Shown: positions 47,601 through 60,554 of the stretch, piece after piece
Position numbering within the stretch: position 1 is the stretch's first letter
Layout: each line of letters opens with the position of its first letter
NCBI GenBank assembly: GCA_025594325.1
Contig: JANHCV010000004.1
Location: 2,232,001 to 2,296,000 of the forward strand
From: Blastocladiella emersonii ATCC 22665
Lineage: Eukaryota > Fungi > Blastocladiomycota
DNA length: 64,000 nt
Direction of reading: 5' to 3'
The notes under the pieces: model-generated
What the model saw: only the letters and a program-made list of their open reading frames with translations
Told to the model about the DNA's origin: nothing
The model's database searches: none
Position numbers and translations under genes: made by a program

Positions 47601-48793
47601 CCCGCGGTGCGGCAGTGTGTCCGGTGCGGGCGCACCGAGACGCCCGAGTGGCGCAAGTACGTTCTCCCTGTCGCCGTGCCCGGATTCGCGTGGCTCACCG
47701 TCCGCCTGCGCGTCTTGGTGTAGGGGTCTTGACGGCGAACGCAACCTGTGCAACGCGTGCGGGCTGCGCATGCACCGCCGCCTCGTCAAGGAGGCCAACT
47801 CGTCCAAGGCAGCCGCCGCCGCCGCCGCCGCCGCTGCGGCTGTAGCTGCCGTGGCCGCGGCCGTGGTACCCGTGCCGGCAGGGCAGCCGGCCGCCGGCGT
47901 GCGACCGAACCCGAGACCGCCGCCCCCGCCGCCGCCGCCCCCTCCTCCTCCTCCCCCGCCCCCGCCGCCCCCGCCTCCGCCGCCTCCCATGGCAGCAGCG
48001 GCAGCGGCGGCGGCGGCGGCGGCGCGCGGCGGGATCACGCGCGCGTCCAAGTATACCTTTCATACCTCCCTGTACGTTCTCTCCCTCGCGCGCGATTCTC
48101 ATGCCGCATCGACTAACCCGCGCGTCGCGTCGATCTAGCCAATCCCTCCCGCGCGGCCCGCGCAACCCGAGCGGCACCCGGACGCCGCCGCGCACCGGGT
48201 CCTTCACGCCGCCGCGGTCGACGCCCGCGGCCGCGCGCGCATTCACTTTCTCGACGGCGGTCTCGAGCACCACCTCGCTCGGATCCAGCGGGTCCGCGTC
48301 GTCCAGCGCGTCGACGGGATCGACCACGTCCTCGTTCGACCGCGACCGCGCCAACTTCCCGCCACTGCCCAGCTTCCCCGTCCCAGCGCCGGCGACCGCG
48401 GGTCCCAGCCCCGGCCCCGTCGCGCCGGTCCCGACGATAATGACCCGCCGCGCGCCCGGCGTCATGGACTCGGCCGTCTCGGGCGTCTCGCGCAGCACCA
48501 CCATGCACCGGTCGTCGTCGTCGTCGTTCCCGGGACCCATGTCGCCGCCCGCGGGCCGCGCAGCCGCGGCTGCGGGTGCCGCCGAGACCCGCGAGGGCAG
48601 CGAGAACGGCGACGCGGCAGCGACCGCGGGCGCGGTCATGTCCGACGTCGAGGCGGCGCAGGTCCTGCTCGAGCTCACGCTCGCGAACGGCGGCGGTGCG
48701 GCGAAACGGTCGCCGTCGCGACTGCGCGAGTGCATGCACGCGGACGGCGGGTGTGGTGGGAGTGCGGGGCAAGACCACGACATGGACGGGTGA
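44676..48793 (+). CDS. GATA-type zinc-finger transcription factor (C-X2-C-X18-C-X2-C), multi-exon; 5' exon structure tentative
   Basis: CVRCGRTETPEWRK-(intron)-GLDGERNLCNACGLRMHRR at about 47612-47775, followed by poly-Ala and poly-Pro tracts. Upstream in-frame exons are inferred from GT-AG sites. Confidence 0.75.
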
Positions 48794-49217
48794 GCGAGCG
48801 AGTGACTGGTTTGTGGTTGATTGAGAGAATCGCACGCGGTGCGATCCAGAGTGCCCGTTTTTGTGTTCTTCAATCGTGTTGTTGTATGCGAGGAGAGGGG
48901 GGAGTGTGGCGAAGCTGGTGGCGAAGCGCGACGCGTCGATCATTTTCGCGTCGCGTCGTTCATGCCGCGCTGCGTCCCGGTTCAGGGTCCCTCGCCGCCG
49001 GCCGCTGTGCTCCGCCCCCGATTCACGGACCGCAATCCTCGCCGCGACCCGGGGCGCCGGGTCATCGAGCGTGGCCGGCGTTGTGCGCAGCTGACCGCGG
49101 TGGTCGCCGCCATCCCTTCTGCCGCCTCTGCCGCGTCCAACTGCATGCTTTGAAGTCTAGAGCCCCACTGTAGCAATCGAGTGCCGTCTATTCCCATTTC
49201 GACACCAGATATCTACG

Positions 49218-51690
49218 TTACACGGCGACCGTGACGCGCTTCGTCTGCTGCCCACGCGCCGATCCGGCCGCCGGCGGCTCCTCGCCGCGTGCGTGCGCGA
49301 CGGGCCGGACCGCGAGCGGCGGCATCGCGCCCGGGTCCTTCTCGAGGCGCGACCGGAGATGCGGCGCGTCGTTGAGCGCGGCCTCGAGCGCCGCTAGCCG
49401 CGTCCACTTGGCGCGGGCGAGCGCGAGCTTGGCCGTGACCTTGCCGGCGAACTCGGCCGAGTACAGTTTCGCGTGGTCGACGGTCGCGTGCGTGTGCGCC
49501 TCGGCGTTGGTCAGCAGGATCGCGTTCCACGGCGTCAGCGGCTCGCGCATGTCCCAGCGCACCAGGACCAGGCGCGACAGGTGCCGGTCGCCCGACACGG
49601 CCGAGTGCCCGTTCCAGATCACCTCGACCAGGTGCGCTACGTCGTCTTCCGTCAGGTAGTGCGAGACGAGGACTGGGTCGATGGACGCGGTCGTGGACGA
49701 GCGCAGGATTTTGTCCTCGGGGTGATGTTGCTCCGGCTCGGTCGCCGCAGCGTCGGCGTTGCCGTCGGCCTCGGCCAGCGCCGACACGAGCGGCGGTGGC
49801 TTACGCAGGAGCGGCGGCGGGACGGGAGTCCCCGTGAGCGCGGCCTCGGCGAGTCGAATCGCGGCGAGCATGCGGACGTACTCGTCGTCGCACTGTCGCT
49901 TGGACCCGGCGTTGCGCTGCTCCTGGCACGTGTGGCACAAGCCGACGTTGTGCGTGGTGGTGCTGAAGTGGAACGAGGTGCTGGGCAGGTACCGCTCGCA
50001 CGACTTGCACACGTACACGTGCTGGGACTGCCGCTCGTCGATGGCGGCGATGCGCGCCGCGGCCGAGTGGTGCGGCGGCGTGATGCCCGCCTCCGGGTTG
50101 AACTCGGGCACCGAGATGAACTTGAGGAACAGCGCCGCGATCCGCTGCCGTAGGCCGTCCAGGCACGCGCCGTCGCGCCCGCGGCACAGCAGGTCGCCCT
50201 CGCGGTTGATCAGCTGGATCAGCGTCTGCGTCAGCTCGCAGTCGTACTCCTTGACCGCGTTCTTCACCTGCAGCAGGATGTTGAGCCGCGCGTCGACCGC
50301 CACGCTCCCGTTACCCAGCGTGCAGTACAGGTCCCGCAGCTCCCGCGCGCGAAGCGTCGTCGGCGTGTCGACCAGCACCACGCCGCCGCGCGCCAAAGGC
50401 CACTTTTTCGAACCCGCCATCTACTCGCGCAGCGCGGGATAGCGTCAGTGATCCGATTTTGCGTGTGTACACGCGATGGCGAACGAACCTGCTCGATCCA
50501 CCGGTGCGTCGACTTCTGGCGCGCCTCCTCGGACGCCTCGGCCTTGAGGTTCTCGAGCTGCTGGATCAGCGTGGCCTCCTGGTTGAGCAGCTCCGACAGC
50601 TTCTCCTGCCGCGTCTCTGTGTCGAGGTCCGCCGCGTGGATCTTTTTCGCCTCCTGCGCGCGCCACGCTACACACCCAGGTCCGCGGTCATTCTTCGGCC
50701 CGCGTGCTCGCGCCGCGTCAAAAACGTACTCTCGAGCCCACTGTACAGCAGCGCAAAGTCCTTGACCGTCTTCGGGTTCACGCGGCGCTGGATCTCGCGC
50801 CGGCGCTGCTGCTCGGACAGCTCGAGTGCGCGGCGCCGCGCGAGCTCCTCGGCGGCGCGTTTCCGCTCGCGCACCTCGCGCACCTTGCGCACGCGGCGGA
50901 TCGCGCGCACCTTGCGGAAGAAGCACTGCAGCACGATCACCTTGCTCACAATGAACCGGAACCGCTCTTCCGCCGTCTCGTACGCGCGCGGGACCAGGAC
51001 GCGGTCCGTGTCCAGGGTCAGGTGCAGGTCCGAACGGACCATCTGCGTCCCGCTCTCGCGCACCGACTGGACGACGCGGTGACGCGTGAACTTGGTCTGC
51101 ACGTCCCGGTGGAACTTTTCGCCTTGCAGCTACACACACGCGCGCGGGGTGAGATACGCGGTGAGGACGAGGGTGGGCGAACGAACCTGCGCGCGCTTCT
51201 CCATGGGCGTCGGCGTCTGCGTGGCCGCGTGCAGGTAGATGAGCCCCGACTTCTTGTGCCGGTACCCGCCGAGGTACGGCTTGTTGATGAGCCGCCGGCC
51301 CGTGTCCTCTTCCCCAGAAACCGTCGTGGGCGGCGCGGTGCTGCTCGGGGTCGTGTCGTGCGACGTGTTGCTGTCGCCGGGAGGGAGCGGGCTCACGGCG
51401 TGCTCGGTGACGGGGACGGCGTCCGTGGCCGCGCGCGAGTCCTGCCCATCGTCGTCCTCGAGCTGCGACACGGCCGTCGTGCGGCCCGTTGGGACCTGCC
51501 CGTCGTCTTCGCCGCCGTCGTGCGGTCCAGGTTCGGGTTGCGCGGCCGTAGTTGCCGCGTCCGTCACGTCGGTCCACTCGCTCGCGTGCGTGTCGTCAGC
51601 GGCCGCCGCGTCCGTGACCGGGACCGCCGCCGAGTCGAGCGCGGGCTCGGGGCTGTCCCGTTGCGGGAGCTCTCCATCGGTTGTATCCAT
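49218..51690 (-). CDS. IQUB: IQ and ubiquitin-like domain protein (flagellar radial spoke)
   Basis: KPYLGGYRHKKSGLIYLHAATQT, IQ-like VIVLQCFFRKVRAIRRV, RRVNPKTVKDFALLY, RLNILLQVK, LVRWDMREPLTPWNAILLT. Confidence 0.88.
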
Positions 51691-51912
51691 TGCTTAGTAG
51701 TTGTTGAAGTGCGCGTTGTTGCGATCGTGACGAGGCGAAAGGAGCGCGACGCGAAGGTGAGAGACAAAACGCGAGACATCACGTGCGGCAGAGGGCGCCA
51801 CGGCGGCGCCGCCGACCCGCGCCGCCACGCCACGTTGCTGACCCTGCGCGCACGCCCGCCGATCGCTTCTCCCCTCCCCCTCCCCCACATCCAAGTTCCC
51901 ACCACCGAACCC

Positions 51913-52907
51913 ATGAAGCACTCGCAAGAAACCCCCACCTCGCACGCCGTCGTAAACGCGGGCCGGCGTCTGCACCGCCTCGAGCTCGCGATCGGCTCGC
52001 TCGCGGACACGCCCGAGGAGCGGCGCCAGTTCGCGCAGCACGCCGACGACCTTGGTCTCGTCCTCGACTCCCTGCGCGCGCGCACCGGCGGCGACCGCGA
52101 CCCGCTGCTCGTCAGCTTCGCCGACCGCCTGCGCTCGCTCCAGTCGCTCCTTGTCGGGCCCGACCGCCTCGACGCCCTGCCCGAGCCAAAGTACCAGCTC
52201 AGGGCCGCGCGCATGCGAGATGTCCCGCACAAGGACCTTCTCGCGCAGCTCAGGACCCAGGTCCAGAAGAAGAACGAGGCGGTCGAGGCGAACCGGCGCC
52301 GGCTGCTTGATATCAAGCCGGCGGAAGCGGTAACGCCGAACAGTACGCCTGCGGCGTCGATGCTCGGCGTCAACGCCGCGGGGGCCGTGGGGGTCGGGAA
52401 GAACGCGACGTCGCCGATGCTCGCGCGCAACTCGCTCGGGATCCAGGCGCGGCGGCCGTACGCGCGGCAACAGGTCTCGCGGTGGGAAGAAAGCTGACGC
52501 ACACTTTGTGTAGCCACGGCTCGTCGTCGGAGCCCGAAAAGTCGAGCGACGTGCGGCAGGTGCTCGCCGAGCACGAGAAGCTGCAGGACAAGCTGGCCGA
52601 GGACCTGGCGGGCATGGCGAGCGCGCTAAAGGCCAACGCGCTGGCCTTCTCGGACGGGCTCAAGAAAGACGCCATGGTGCGTCTCGCCATAGCTATCGCA
52701 TGGATGTCGCGACACTAACCCGTGGAATAGGTGGTGGGCGAGGCCGAAGAGATTCTGGGCAACAACCAGGCACGCATGGCCAAGGAGAACGAGCGGCTCA
52801 AGGCGCAGCGCGCGGCGAGCCGGACAACAACGTGGATGCTGGTGCTGGCGCTGCTGGTCGCGGCCGTGGTCAGCGTCGGCATGTTCATTGTGATCAAGAT
52901 CTTTTGA
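51913..52907 (+). CDS. USE1: Qc-SNARE Use1-like (ER retrograde transport)
   Basis: HEKLQDKLAEDLAGMASALKANALAFSDGLKKD SNARE motif plus a C-terminal TM anchor. Confidence 0.78.
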
Positions 52908-52956
52908 TGCAGCTACGGGTGTGTGTATTTTTTGTGCAGGGTAAAGGGGAGTGTGT

Positions 52957-53709
52957 TTACTGGCGCTTGGCGAGGGCGCGGTCGACGGCCTTCTCGACGT
53001 ACTGCTCGAGCATGGCGGCCATGGTCGGGCGCGCGCCGGGCGTCGCGACAGCCGAGTCGGAGGAGGCGGCGGCGGGGGTCATGATGCCGGCGATCACGCG
53101 CTCGACGTACTTGCCGAGCATGTCGACCTCGACGTTGACCGTGTCGCCAATGGCCTTGGTGGGCATGACGACGTGGGTCTGGGTGTAGGCGACCATGCAG
53201 ATGGTGAAGGCGTTGCGGTCGTCGTACACGTCGCACACGGTGAGCGAGGTGCCGTCGAGCGTCACGTAGCCCTTGGGGATGATGTAGGGCATGAGCTCGG
53301 CGGTGGGCAGCGTGAACTCGAAGATGATCGAGTTGCCGTCGTTGGTGCGCTTCGAGATGGCCGCGGTCCCGTCGACGTGGCCCTGCACAAAGTGGCCGCC
53401 GAACCGCGTGTGGCCCGCCATGGCGCGCTCGAGGTTCACGGGCGACCCGACCGTGAGCTGGCCCAGGTTGGTGCGGCGCAGCGTCTCAGCCATGAGGCCC
53501 ATCTTGAACGTGTCCGTGGTGAAGTCGGTCACGGTCAGGCAGGTGCCGTTGACGGCGATGCTGTCGCCCTCGTGGCAGTCGGCCAGGATCGACGCGCACT
53601 CGCCAATGGTCATGGTCCACCCGCCCGCGGCGTCGCCGCCGGCAGACGTGGTGTCGTGCTCGACAATCTCGAGCACCTTGCCAATGGTTTCGACGATGCC
53701 GGTGAACAT
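52957..53709 (-). CDS. RIB5: Riboflavin synthase (alpha-chain type)
   Basis: MFTGIVE, GDSIAVNGTCLTV, VNLERAM, GGHFVQGHVD, KGYVTLDGTSLTV, VNVEVDMLGKY. Confidence 0.96.
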   Translation of the reverse strand: MFTGIVETIGKVLEIVEHDTTSAGGDAAGGWTMTIGECASILADCHEGDSIAVNGTCLTVTDFTTDTFKMGLMAETLRRTNLGQLTVGSPVNLERAMAGHTRFGGHFVQGHVDGTAAISKRTNDGNSIIFEFTLPTAELMPYIIPKGYVTLDGTSLTVCDVYDDRNAFTICMVAYTQTHVVMPTKAIGDTVNVEVDMLGKYVERVIAGIMTPAAASSDSAVATPGARPTMAAMLEQYVEKAVDRALAKRQ

Positions 53710-54752
53710 GGTTGGTTACGTTGCAATGAGTGTGGTGCGTTGTGCGGTGTGAGATGAGGATGAAGGGGGAGCGGCCGGGCTTTGAGGGCGGCGGGCGCGG
53801 ACAGCGGCACGACGCGTGCATGCAGCAGGCGGCGGCGATCGGATCAATCAACACAGGCCAGCGCGTTGGTCAGTCAGCACGCACGAGCAAACGACGCGGC
53901 GGGAGAAAATGCGCGTCACGTGGGAAGCCAGAAAAAAGTGGATTTAAGCGCGAATGAATCGATACGGCGTGAGGATGACCGTCGTGAGACGTCTCACGCG
54001 CGCCATGTCAACACGGCACTCACCGCGACGGCGGCGGCGAGGGAGAGGACAGCGAGGAGGAGAGGAAGACGACGCGAGCGCCACGCACGGCGCGGCATCA
54101 CGTGGCGCATCGGATCGGTCCCGCTGCCTCTCGCCGGCGCCGCCGCCGCCGCTCGCCCTGGCGCGGGCGTGTGGGGTCCCGCTCGCCATCGTCGGGCAGC
54201 GCCGGCGTGGCACGGCGCAGCGCAGAGTGCGAGCGACCCCCGGCGAGCGTGACGCCGTGACGCGGTCTCCCCTCCTCCTCTCCCTCTCGTTCCTTGACCT
54301 CTGCACCTCCACTCCAGCAGCACTTTCCCTGCACTGCCGCGCCACCGTCCGTCCGTCTCGCTCGGTCCTGCACGACACCGCCATCGTCGCTGCTCCTCAT
54401 TGCACGGTGCTCCGATCGCTTGCTCGCTCGCCCGTGGCTGCACTCTCCATCCACCGATCCCTTCGGCGACCTGCTGCTGCCCTTGCACCGCCGTTGTTGA
54501 CCAGGTACGCTCGACGCTACCTTTGTCTGAGGCCATTCCACTCACCTTCGACTTGCCCTTCTCGAACGCCGGCAGACCCCATCGAGTCACGGCGCCCAGC
54601 GACCAGTCGGCTGACCGTCACGCGCGGCCCTCCCCTCGACGCGTCGCGCGACGCGTGTCCCACGCTCCCACCCGCTGCCCTGCCCGCGCTCCCACCCATT
54701 GCTCGCCCGCCCGCCCTCGCGCTCCCTTTCCCTCCCTGCCCGCGCCGCTGCA

Positions 54753-57218
54753 ATGAACAAGGCTGCCGCCGCCGCCGTGCCGCCCGCCGATCCCGCCCCG
54801 GCCACCGATGGATCCGCCGCGATCGCCCACCGCACGCGCGCGCGCGCCCGCGCCGCTGCAGCGGCTGCCACGCCTGCCGCGTCGGTGACGGGGACCGTGA
54901 ACGCGGCACCGGCGCCACCCGCCGGCCTGATGCTGCCGCCCTCGCAGCCGCCCGCGCGCCGATCCGCCCGGTCCGCGACCAACCGGCCCATCCAGCCGCC
55001 GCAGCACCCGTACCACCTGCGCCAGCGGCCGGGCACCGCGAGCGCTGCCGCGGCGTCGACCGCGCGGCCAGCAGCCGCAACTGGGACGGCGGCGGCGCGT
55101 ACCCCTGTGGTGGCGCAGCAGCACCTGCAGCCGCAGGCGGGTGGGGTCAAGGCGCCGGCTACCGCGCACCGCGACGAGCACTCGGTCGACGAGGCCATGG
55201 TCGTCGATGAGCCCGCGCCGCCACCTGCAGCAGAGGTCGCGTCGTCGGACGCGTCCTCGTCGCTGTCGCTGCCCGGCTCCGATCCGGGCGCCATGGACGA
55301 GGACCCCGCCACCGCCGCTGCCTCGATGCGCCCCGTCCCCGCCACCCCGACCCCAACATCCTCTGCAGCAGTGGGCCCCGCCGCCCTGACGACGGCGCGC
55401 CGCGCCTCGCTGTACAAGACGGAGCTGTGCCGGTCGTGGGAGGAGACGGGGTCGTGCCGGTACGGCACCAAGTGCCAGTTTGCCCACTCCATGAACGAGC
55501 TGCGCATGGTGCACCGCCACGCCAAGTACAAGACTGAGCTGTGTCACCGCTTCTACGAGCAGGGGTGGTGTGTGCGTATCTCTTGGTGGTTGTTGCCGAT
55601 TGGGCAGGGATGAAGGCGACTGACGCGTGTCCCCGTCGTCGTCGTGTAGCCGTACGGCCGCCGGTGCTGCTTTATCGTACGCTCGCCCAACAGTCTCGCT
55701 GCGGTACCGTGCCCGCTCACACCGTCCGTCCCCTCGTGCGTGTAGCACAACGAGCCGCAGTACGCCAAGCAGCTCGCCAACGCCACCGCCGCCGGCCAGC
55801 TCCGCAGCCTGGTCCTGTCCAAGGCCTCCTCGGCCGACGGCACCCCGGCCGCCGCCAGCGCACCCGTCTCGGGCCCGCCCACGCCGGCATCGACGCCGCG
55901 CCCCGCAGGTCTCCTCGCCGCGGGCCCCTCGCCCCTCGCGCTCGCGGGCTCGCCCGTCGCGTCCCTCGGTCCCGCAGCCACCACCAACAACAACGGCGTC
56001 CCCGGCCTGCTCACCCCGACCCTGTCGCCGTACATGGGCCACGCCGCGCCACCGCGCCTCGATCCGTCCCAGCAGCAACACCTCTCCCAAATGGGTCCCG
56101 GCCCGAGCCCGCTGACCCGCCTCGCGTCCAACTCGTCGTCGCTGACCGCCGCCACCCACGAGCTGACGCCGTCGTCGGACTCGGACGACGTGGACATGGC
56201 AGACCACGTCCGTCTCGACTCGTCGCTCAAGCACGAGCTCGGGCTCGACGACATGGACGACCTGCCGACCCCGCTCGCGAAACGGTCGCGCGCTGGCACG
56301 CTGTCGACGCCGAGCCGCCCGTCGTTCGGCATGATGGGCGGCGGCGAGACCACGCCCGAGACCACGCCCGAGTCCAACACGTCTTCGTCGTCAGGCCTCG
56401 GGACCGCGCCGCCGCCCGCCGGGTGGTGGGGTCCCTCGGTCACCCCGCCGCACGTCGACGCGGCGAGCGGCGGCGGCGGCCAGTTTGCGCCGTTCGCCGG
56501 ACTCGCGCACCACCAGGCTGCCGCGTCGGCGTCGGCGTCGGCGTCGTCGTTCCAGGCGGCGGCGGCGGCGTCCCCGTTCCACGCGCAGAGCTCGCCCGCA
56601 TCCGCCGGCGGCAGCGCATCGTGGCTCCCGTGGGACTCGGGCATCTCGGCCCGCGGCGCACCCGATGCACTCACGTCGCCGCCGTTCCCGCTCGCCGGCA
56701 TGTACGGCGCGGGCGGGCCTGCGGACGGCGCTGCCATGCACACGCCCGCGCAGCCGCCGCGCCCCGCCGCCGCGCAGGCGTTCGGGTTCCCGCACTCGGC
56801 GGGTCCGGGCCCCGCTCCCGCGAACGGGTTCGGCGGAGGGAGTGGTGGACCCGCCAGCGCGCCGCCCGTGTTCCGCCACCACCCGTACCACGACGACCCG
56901 CACCAGCAGCAGCAGCAGCAGCAGCAGTACGGCCTCGGCTCGCCCGCGCCCGCGTTCCACGGGTACAAGGGCGGCCCGCCGCCGCACTTCCAGCAGCAAC
57001 AGCATCCCGCGTTCTTTGACCGCACGTCCGCGGGCGTGGGCGCGTTCGCGCCGCCCGGGCCCTTCGGCCAGCAACAGCAGCAGCAGTTCGGCGGACCCGT
57101 CCCGCCGCACGTCCACCTGTACCAGCACGGGTTCGTCCCGCCGTCGGCCGCGCCGTACGGTGGCCACGACCCGGCGGCCATGGCCGTCGACGCGACGACG
57201 CGGCGCCGGCTGTTCTGA
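54753..57218 (+). CDS. TIS11/ZFP36-family tandem CCCH zinc-finger RNA-binding protein
   Basis: [25 protein letters not shown] and [27 protein letters not shown] (spliced across introns), with long low-complexity flanks. Confidence 0.9.
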
Positions 57219-57417
57219 TCCCTCTCTCTTCTACTCTCACCCCGCATAATTAATTTATTGATCTCTCGCCCTCCTCTCCAGTCACTGTTCCGCCTCATGT
57301 ACCCTCCCTTCCGGCCTCGTTTGCCACAGTCTCGCGCTCCCAACCCACCCTAACCAGTCCCAATCCCAGAAAACTAGCGTATCGTATCCTATATATTCCA
57401 CCCCCTCGCACTTCACT

Positions 57418-58539
57418 TCACTCGTCCTCGGGAAACTCGGCCGCAACCACCTTCCCCGCGCGCTCGAGCGCGCCCTTGGCCTCGCCCGCCCACGCGTTGT
57501 CCTCGGCGACCATGCCCAGGATCCGCGTCCACGTCGCGCACACGGTATTGAGGAACCCGCGCGCCGCGCGCGTGTCAATCGGCGGCTCCGCACACGCCGC
57601 GCCGAGCTCGTCGAGCGCCGCCTCGAGCACGTCCGTGAGCCCCGGCAGCTGGTCGAGGTCCGCGGCGTTCGGGATCGCGTCGAGCGGCAGTTTCGCGGCC
57701 AGCGACGCCGCGAGCGACGCCAGCTTGTGCACGGTGCGCAGCGGCGCGAGGTCCGACTCGCTCGCGGGCTCCGCTTCGGTTTCTGAGTCGGCCTCAAAGT
57801 CGGACCCCCAGTCCCCGCCGTGCGTGCCCTCGGCAAACTCGTCGACCGACTCCTTGATCTCGGCGGCCACGTCGCGCACGAGCGCCACGTGCTTGGTCCA
57901 CGACGCGCGCACCGCGTCGGCGTTCGTCCGCGGCGCGGCGGCCAGCAGGTCGGCGGCCTTCCACGCGACGCCCGTGTTGAGGAGGTACTCGCCGACGGGA
58001 TCTTCCGCACCCGACTCGGCCGCAGCCGCAGCCGCAGCCGCAGCCACGTCGTGCAGGAACCCGCGCGCGAGGGCGCGCACCGCGCGCAGGATCTCCTCGG
58101 CCGTCGCGAAATGCGCCTTGCGGACCGTCGCGCCGAGCGCCGGCGGCCGCGTCGCGACGTGTGCGGCCAGCTGCGTCGTCAGCGTCACGAGGTTCTTGAC
58201 CTCGGTCCGCGACGCCGACAGGGACACGCTCGCAGACTCCTTGTGCACGAGCGCCAGCTTCGTGATCCCGTGGTGCAGGTGCTTGCCGACCGCCGTCAGC
58301 TGCGTCGCGTAGAAGGTGGCGTCGAAGTCGGGCTCGGCGAGCGCGAGGGAGGGCGTGGCCGACTCGGAGGCGAGGAGCGCCAGGTTCGTCGTCACGGCGG
58401 CCACGAGTTGCGCCAGCGGCGCGGCGATCGCGGGGACCGACGCGGGCGAGGGGGAGGAGGAGGACTTGGCGGCGGCGGCCGACGCCGAGCGCGCCTTGGC
58501 CTTGGCCTTCTTGGCTGCAGCGAGCGCCTTGCCTGCCAT
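57418..58539 (-). CDS. GCIP/CCNDBP1-like (Grap2 and cyclin-D interacting) protein
   Basis: The helical pattern ITKLALV...LGATVRK...LNTGVAWKAADLL..APRTNADAV...LVRDVAAEIKE resembles the GCIP domain (recognised from memory). Confidence 0.6.
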   Translation of the reverse strand: MAGKALAAAKKAKAKARSASAAAAKSSSSPSPASVPAIAAPLAQLVAAVTTNLALLASESATPSLALAEPDFDATFYATQLTAVGKHLHHGITKLALVHKESASVSLSASRTEVKNLVTLTTQLAAHVATRPPALGATVRKAHFATAEEILRAVRALARGFLHDVAAAAAAAAAESGAEDPVGEYLLNTGVAWKAADLLAAAPRTNADAVRASWTKHVALVRDVAAEIKESVDEFAEGTHGGDWGSDFEADSETEAEPASESDLAPLRTVHKLASLAASLAAKLPLDAIPNAADLDQLPGLTDVLEAALDELGAACAEPPIDTRAARGFLNTVCATWTRILGMVAEDNAWAGEAKGALERAGKVVAAEFPEDE

Positions 58540-58718
58540 GGTGTCGATGCGTTGCAGTAGCGGGTTGAGGGCGGAGAGAGGAAGCGAGAGCAGCGGCATC
58601 AAGTCGTCGCCGATCGCATGCGCCTCCCACGTGGGCCGTCGCCGAGCGCCGCTTGACGCGCGCCGAACCGCGCCGTCGACTCACGCTCTCGCTGCCCACT
58701 CAGACCACGACGACGACG

Positions 58719-60554
58719 ATGATGAACTCGAATGGAACCATGAACCGCGCCACCGAGCGCGCCGCCGCCGCCGCCAAGCTGCGCCCGCTGTCCGCCGTCA
58801 GCGTTGACGGGAACTGGATGGTCGTCGCCGACTTTGAGGCGGCCATGGCCGCGGTCGGCGCAGCGGGCGCCGCGTCGGCCAACGGATACTCGGCCAGCGC
58901 GGGCCCGTCGACGGCCTCGCTCGCGGGCTCGGCGGGCGTCCTGCCGCACCAGCAGCAGCACCACGCGCTGACCGAGATGCCGTCGTTCTCGCTCGTCATC
59001 ATCGAAAAGGATATGGCCACGTTTGTCGCCGAGGGTATCAATAACAGCACTGTCCTTCTCCCATGCGGCGCTTGCCCATGTCTCACCGACGACCCCCCTG
59101 ACTCGCCCTCCACCTTCGCCTCGCCCCTGTGCGCGCTAGTGACGCACGACATGCTGCGCGGGTACATTGACGTGTTCCGGTCGAGCAACACGCAGGGGAC
59201 GGATTCCGCGGCGTCGCAGACGCAGACGCAGACGCAAGGCCCGGTGTTCATGACGACCGCCGCCACTACATCGTCGGCCGCTGCTGCCGCGCGCCGTGGC
59301 GGCGGCCGGTCGATCCGCGAGTACCTCGAGCTCACCCAGCGCGTCTTTGCCGAGCGCCGCTTCACTTACAAGCCCGAGGGCTCGCGCGTCTCCGAGTACG
59401 TGTCGCTGACCATCAAGGGCGAGAGGGATATGACGCAGCGGATGATCAGTGTCGAGGTACGTTTGATGGGCTGGAACGGGCGGGTGGGACTCACTATATC
59501 ACTCCGGCGAGTAGCTTACGTGGACGGCGACCCCCGAGGGCGTCAAGTACGGTGTACGTCTTGTGGGAGTCTGGGAAATAGCGCCGTGGACTGATGCTTT
59601 CACTTTGGACGGCTAGTACTGCCTCGGCCAACTCAACCTGAAGGCCGCCGAGCCTGCCAACGCCCTCCTCCACAGCCACGTCTCCCTGTTCCGCGTCATC
59701 AACCAGATGTCGACCATCCAGGTCCGTCATTCATACCGCGCAACTGATCTCGCACTCACGTGCTGTGATGCCGCCCCGTAGAGCGAGCTCGACCAGCGCA
59801 CCCTCGAGCTGCGCGAGTCCGAGGCCCACCGCCGTGCCGCGCAGAACGAGCTGATGCTGTTCGCCCAGGCCTCGCGCGAGCGCGACGACGCCACCTGGCT
59901 CAAGACCCGCGAGCTACTCAACGCCAAGAAGCGCAAGCTCAAGAAGCTGCAGGCCCAGATCGACGCGCGTTCGTACCCTCTTCACCGCTACCCGCCTTGG
60001 TCCGCGTCGCTGACACTCCAGCCCGCGCCCGTCTAGTCTCGCTCAACGACCCCAAAGCCGCCGCCGCCGCGTCAGCCGCCGCGAGTAGCGGCATTACGGC
60101 GGGCGTCGTCCCCGTCCGCGCATCCACCGCGAAACCCATCATCGCCGAGGCCGCGACCGCCGTCGCCAACAAACCCAACCTCCTCCCGGTGCAGGCCGCG
60201 CCGCGCGTCAGCTACGCGATCGACTTGCTCCGTGACCCGGTGGCCCCCGCGCTCTCCGGCATGCCCGCCGCGAAATCGAAGAAGCGAAAGCACGGCAGCC
60301 GCGGCGTCATGGTCGTCAGCGAGAGCTCGGACGAGGACGAGGAGACCAAGACCAGTCGGCCCGGGTCCGCGGGACTGCCGGCCGGCACGCTCGTCACGAT
60401 GCTCGGCCCGCAGCGCCCACCCGCCCGGCCCGCCGCGCCGCGGTCTCAGACCCCGTCGCAGTCCCAGCCGAACTCGCAGACGCCGATCATGCACCTCAGC
60501 CAGCTCCGCAGCGTCGACGGGCCGGGCGGCGTGTCGGGCAGCGACACGGAGTAG
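58719..60554 (+). CDS. Multi-exon protein, possibly XRCC4/Lif1-like (beta-rich head, coiled coil, disordered tail)
   Basis: Coiled coil ending TRELLNAKKRKLKKLQ, similar to the XRCC4 LNEKK.KIR.L motif; tail with KSKKRK and SESSDEDEE. Confidence 0.5.

Noticed and set aside
47810-48025. GCC/CCG/CCT repeat tracts
   Set aside because: They encode poly-Ala and poly-Pro in the GATA factor; ordinary coding microsatellites.
57244-57262. ATTTA-containing stretch after the TIS11-family stop (possible autoregulatory ARE)
   Set aside because: Only one pentamer, and most genes here have similar short AT-rich 3' ends that are probably polyadenylation signals.
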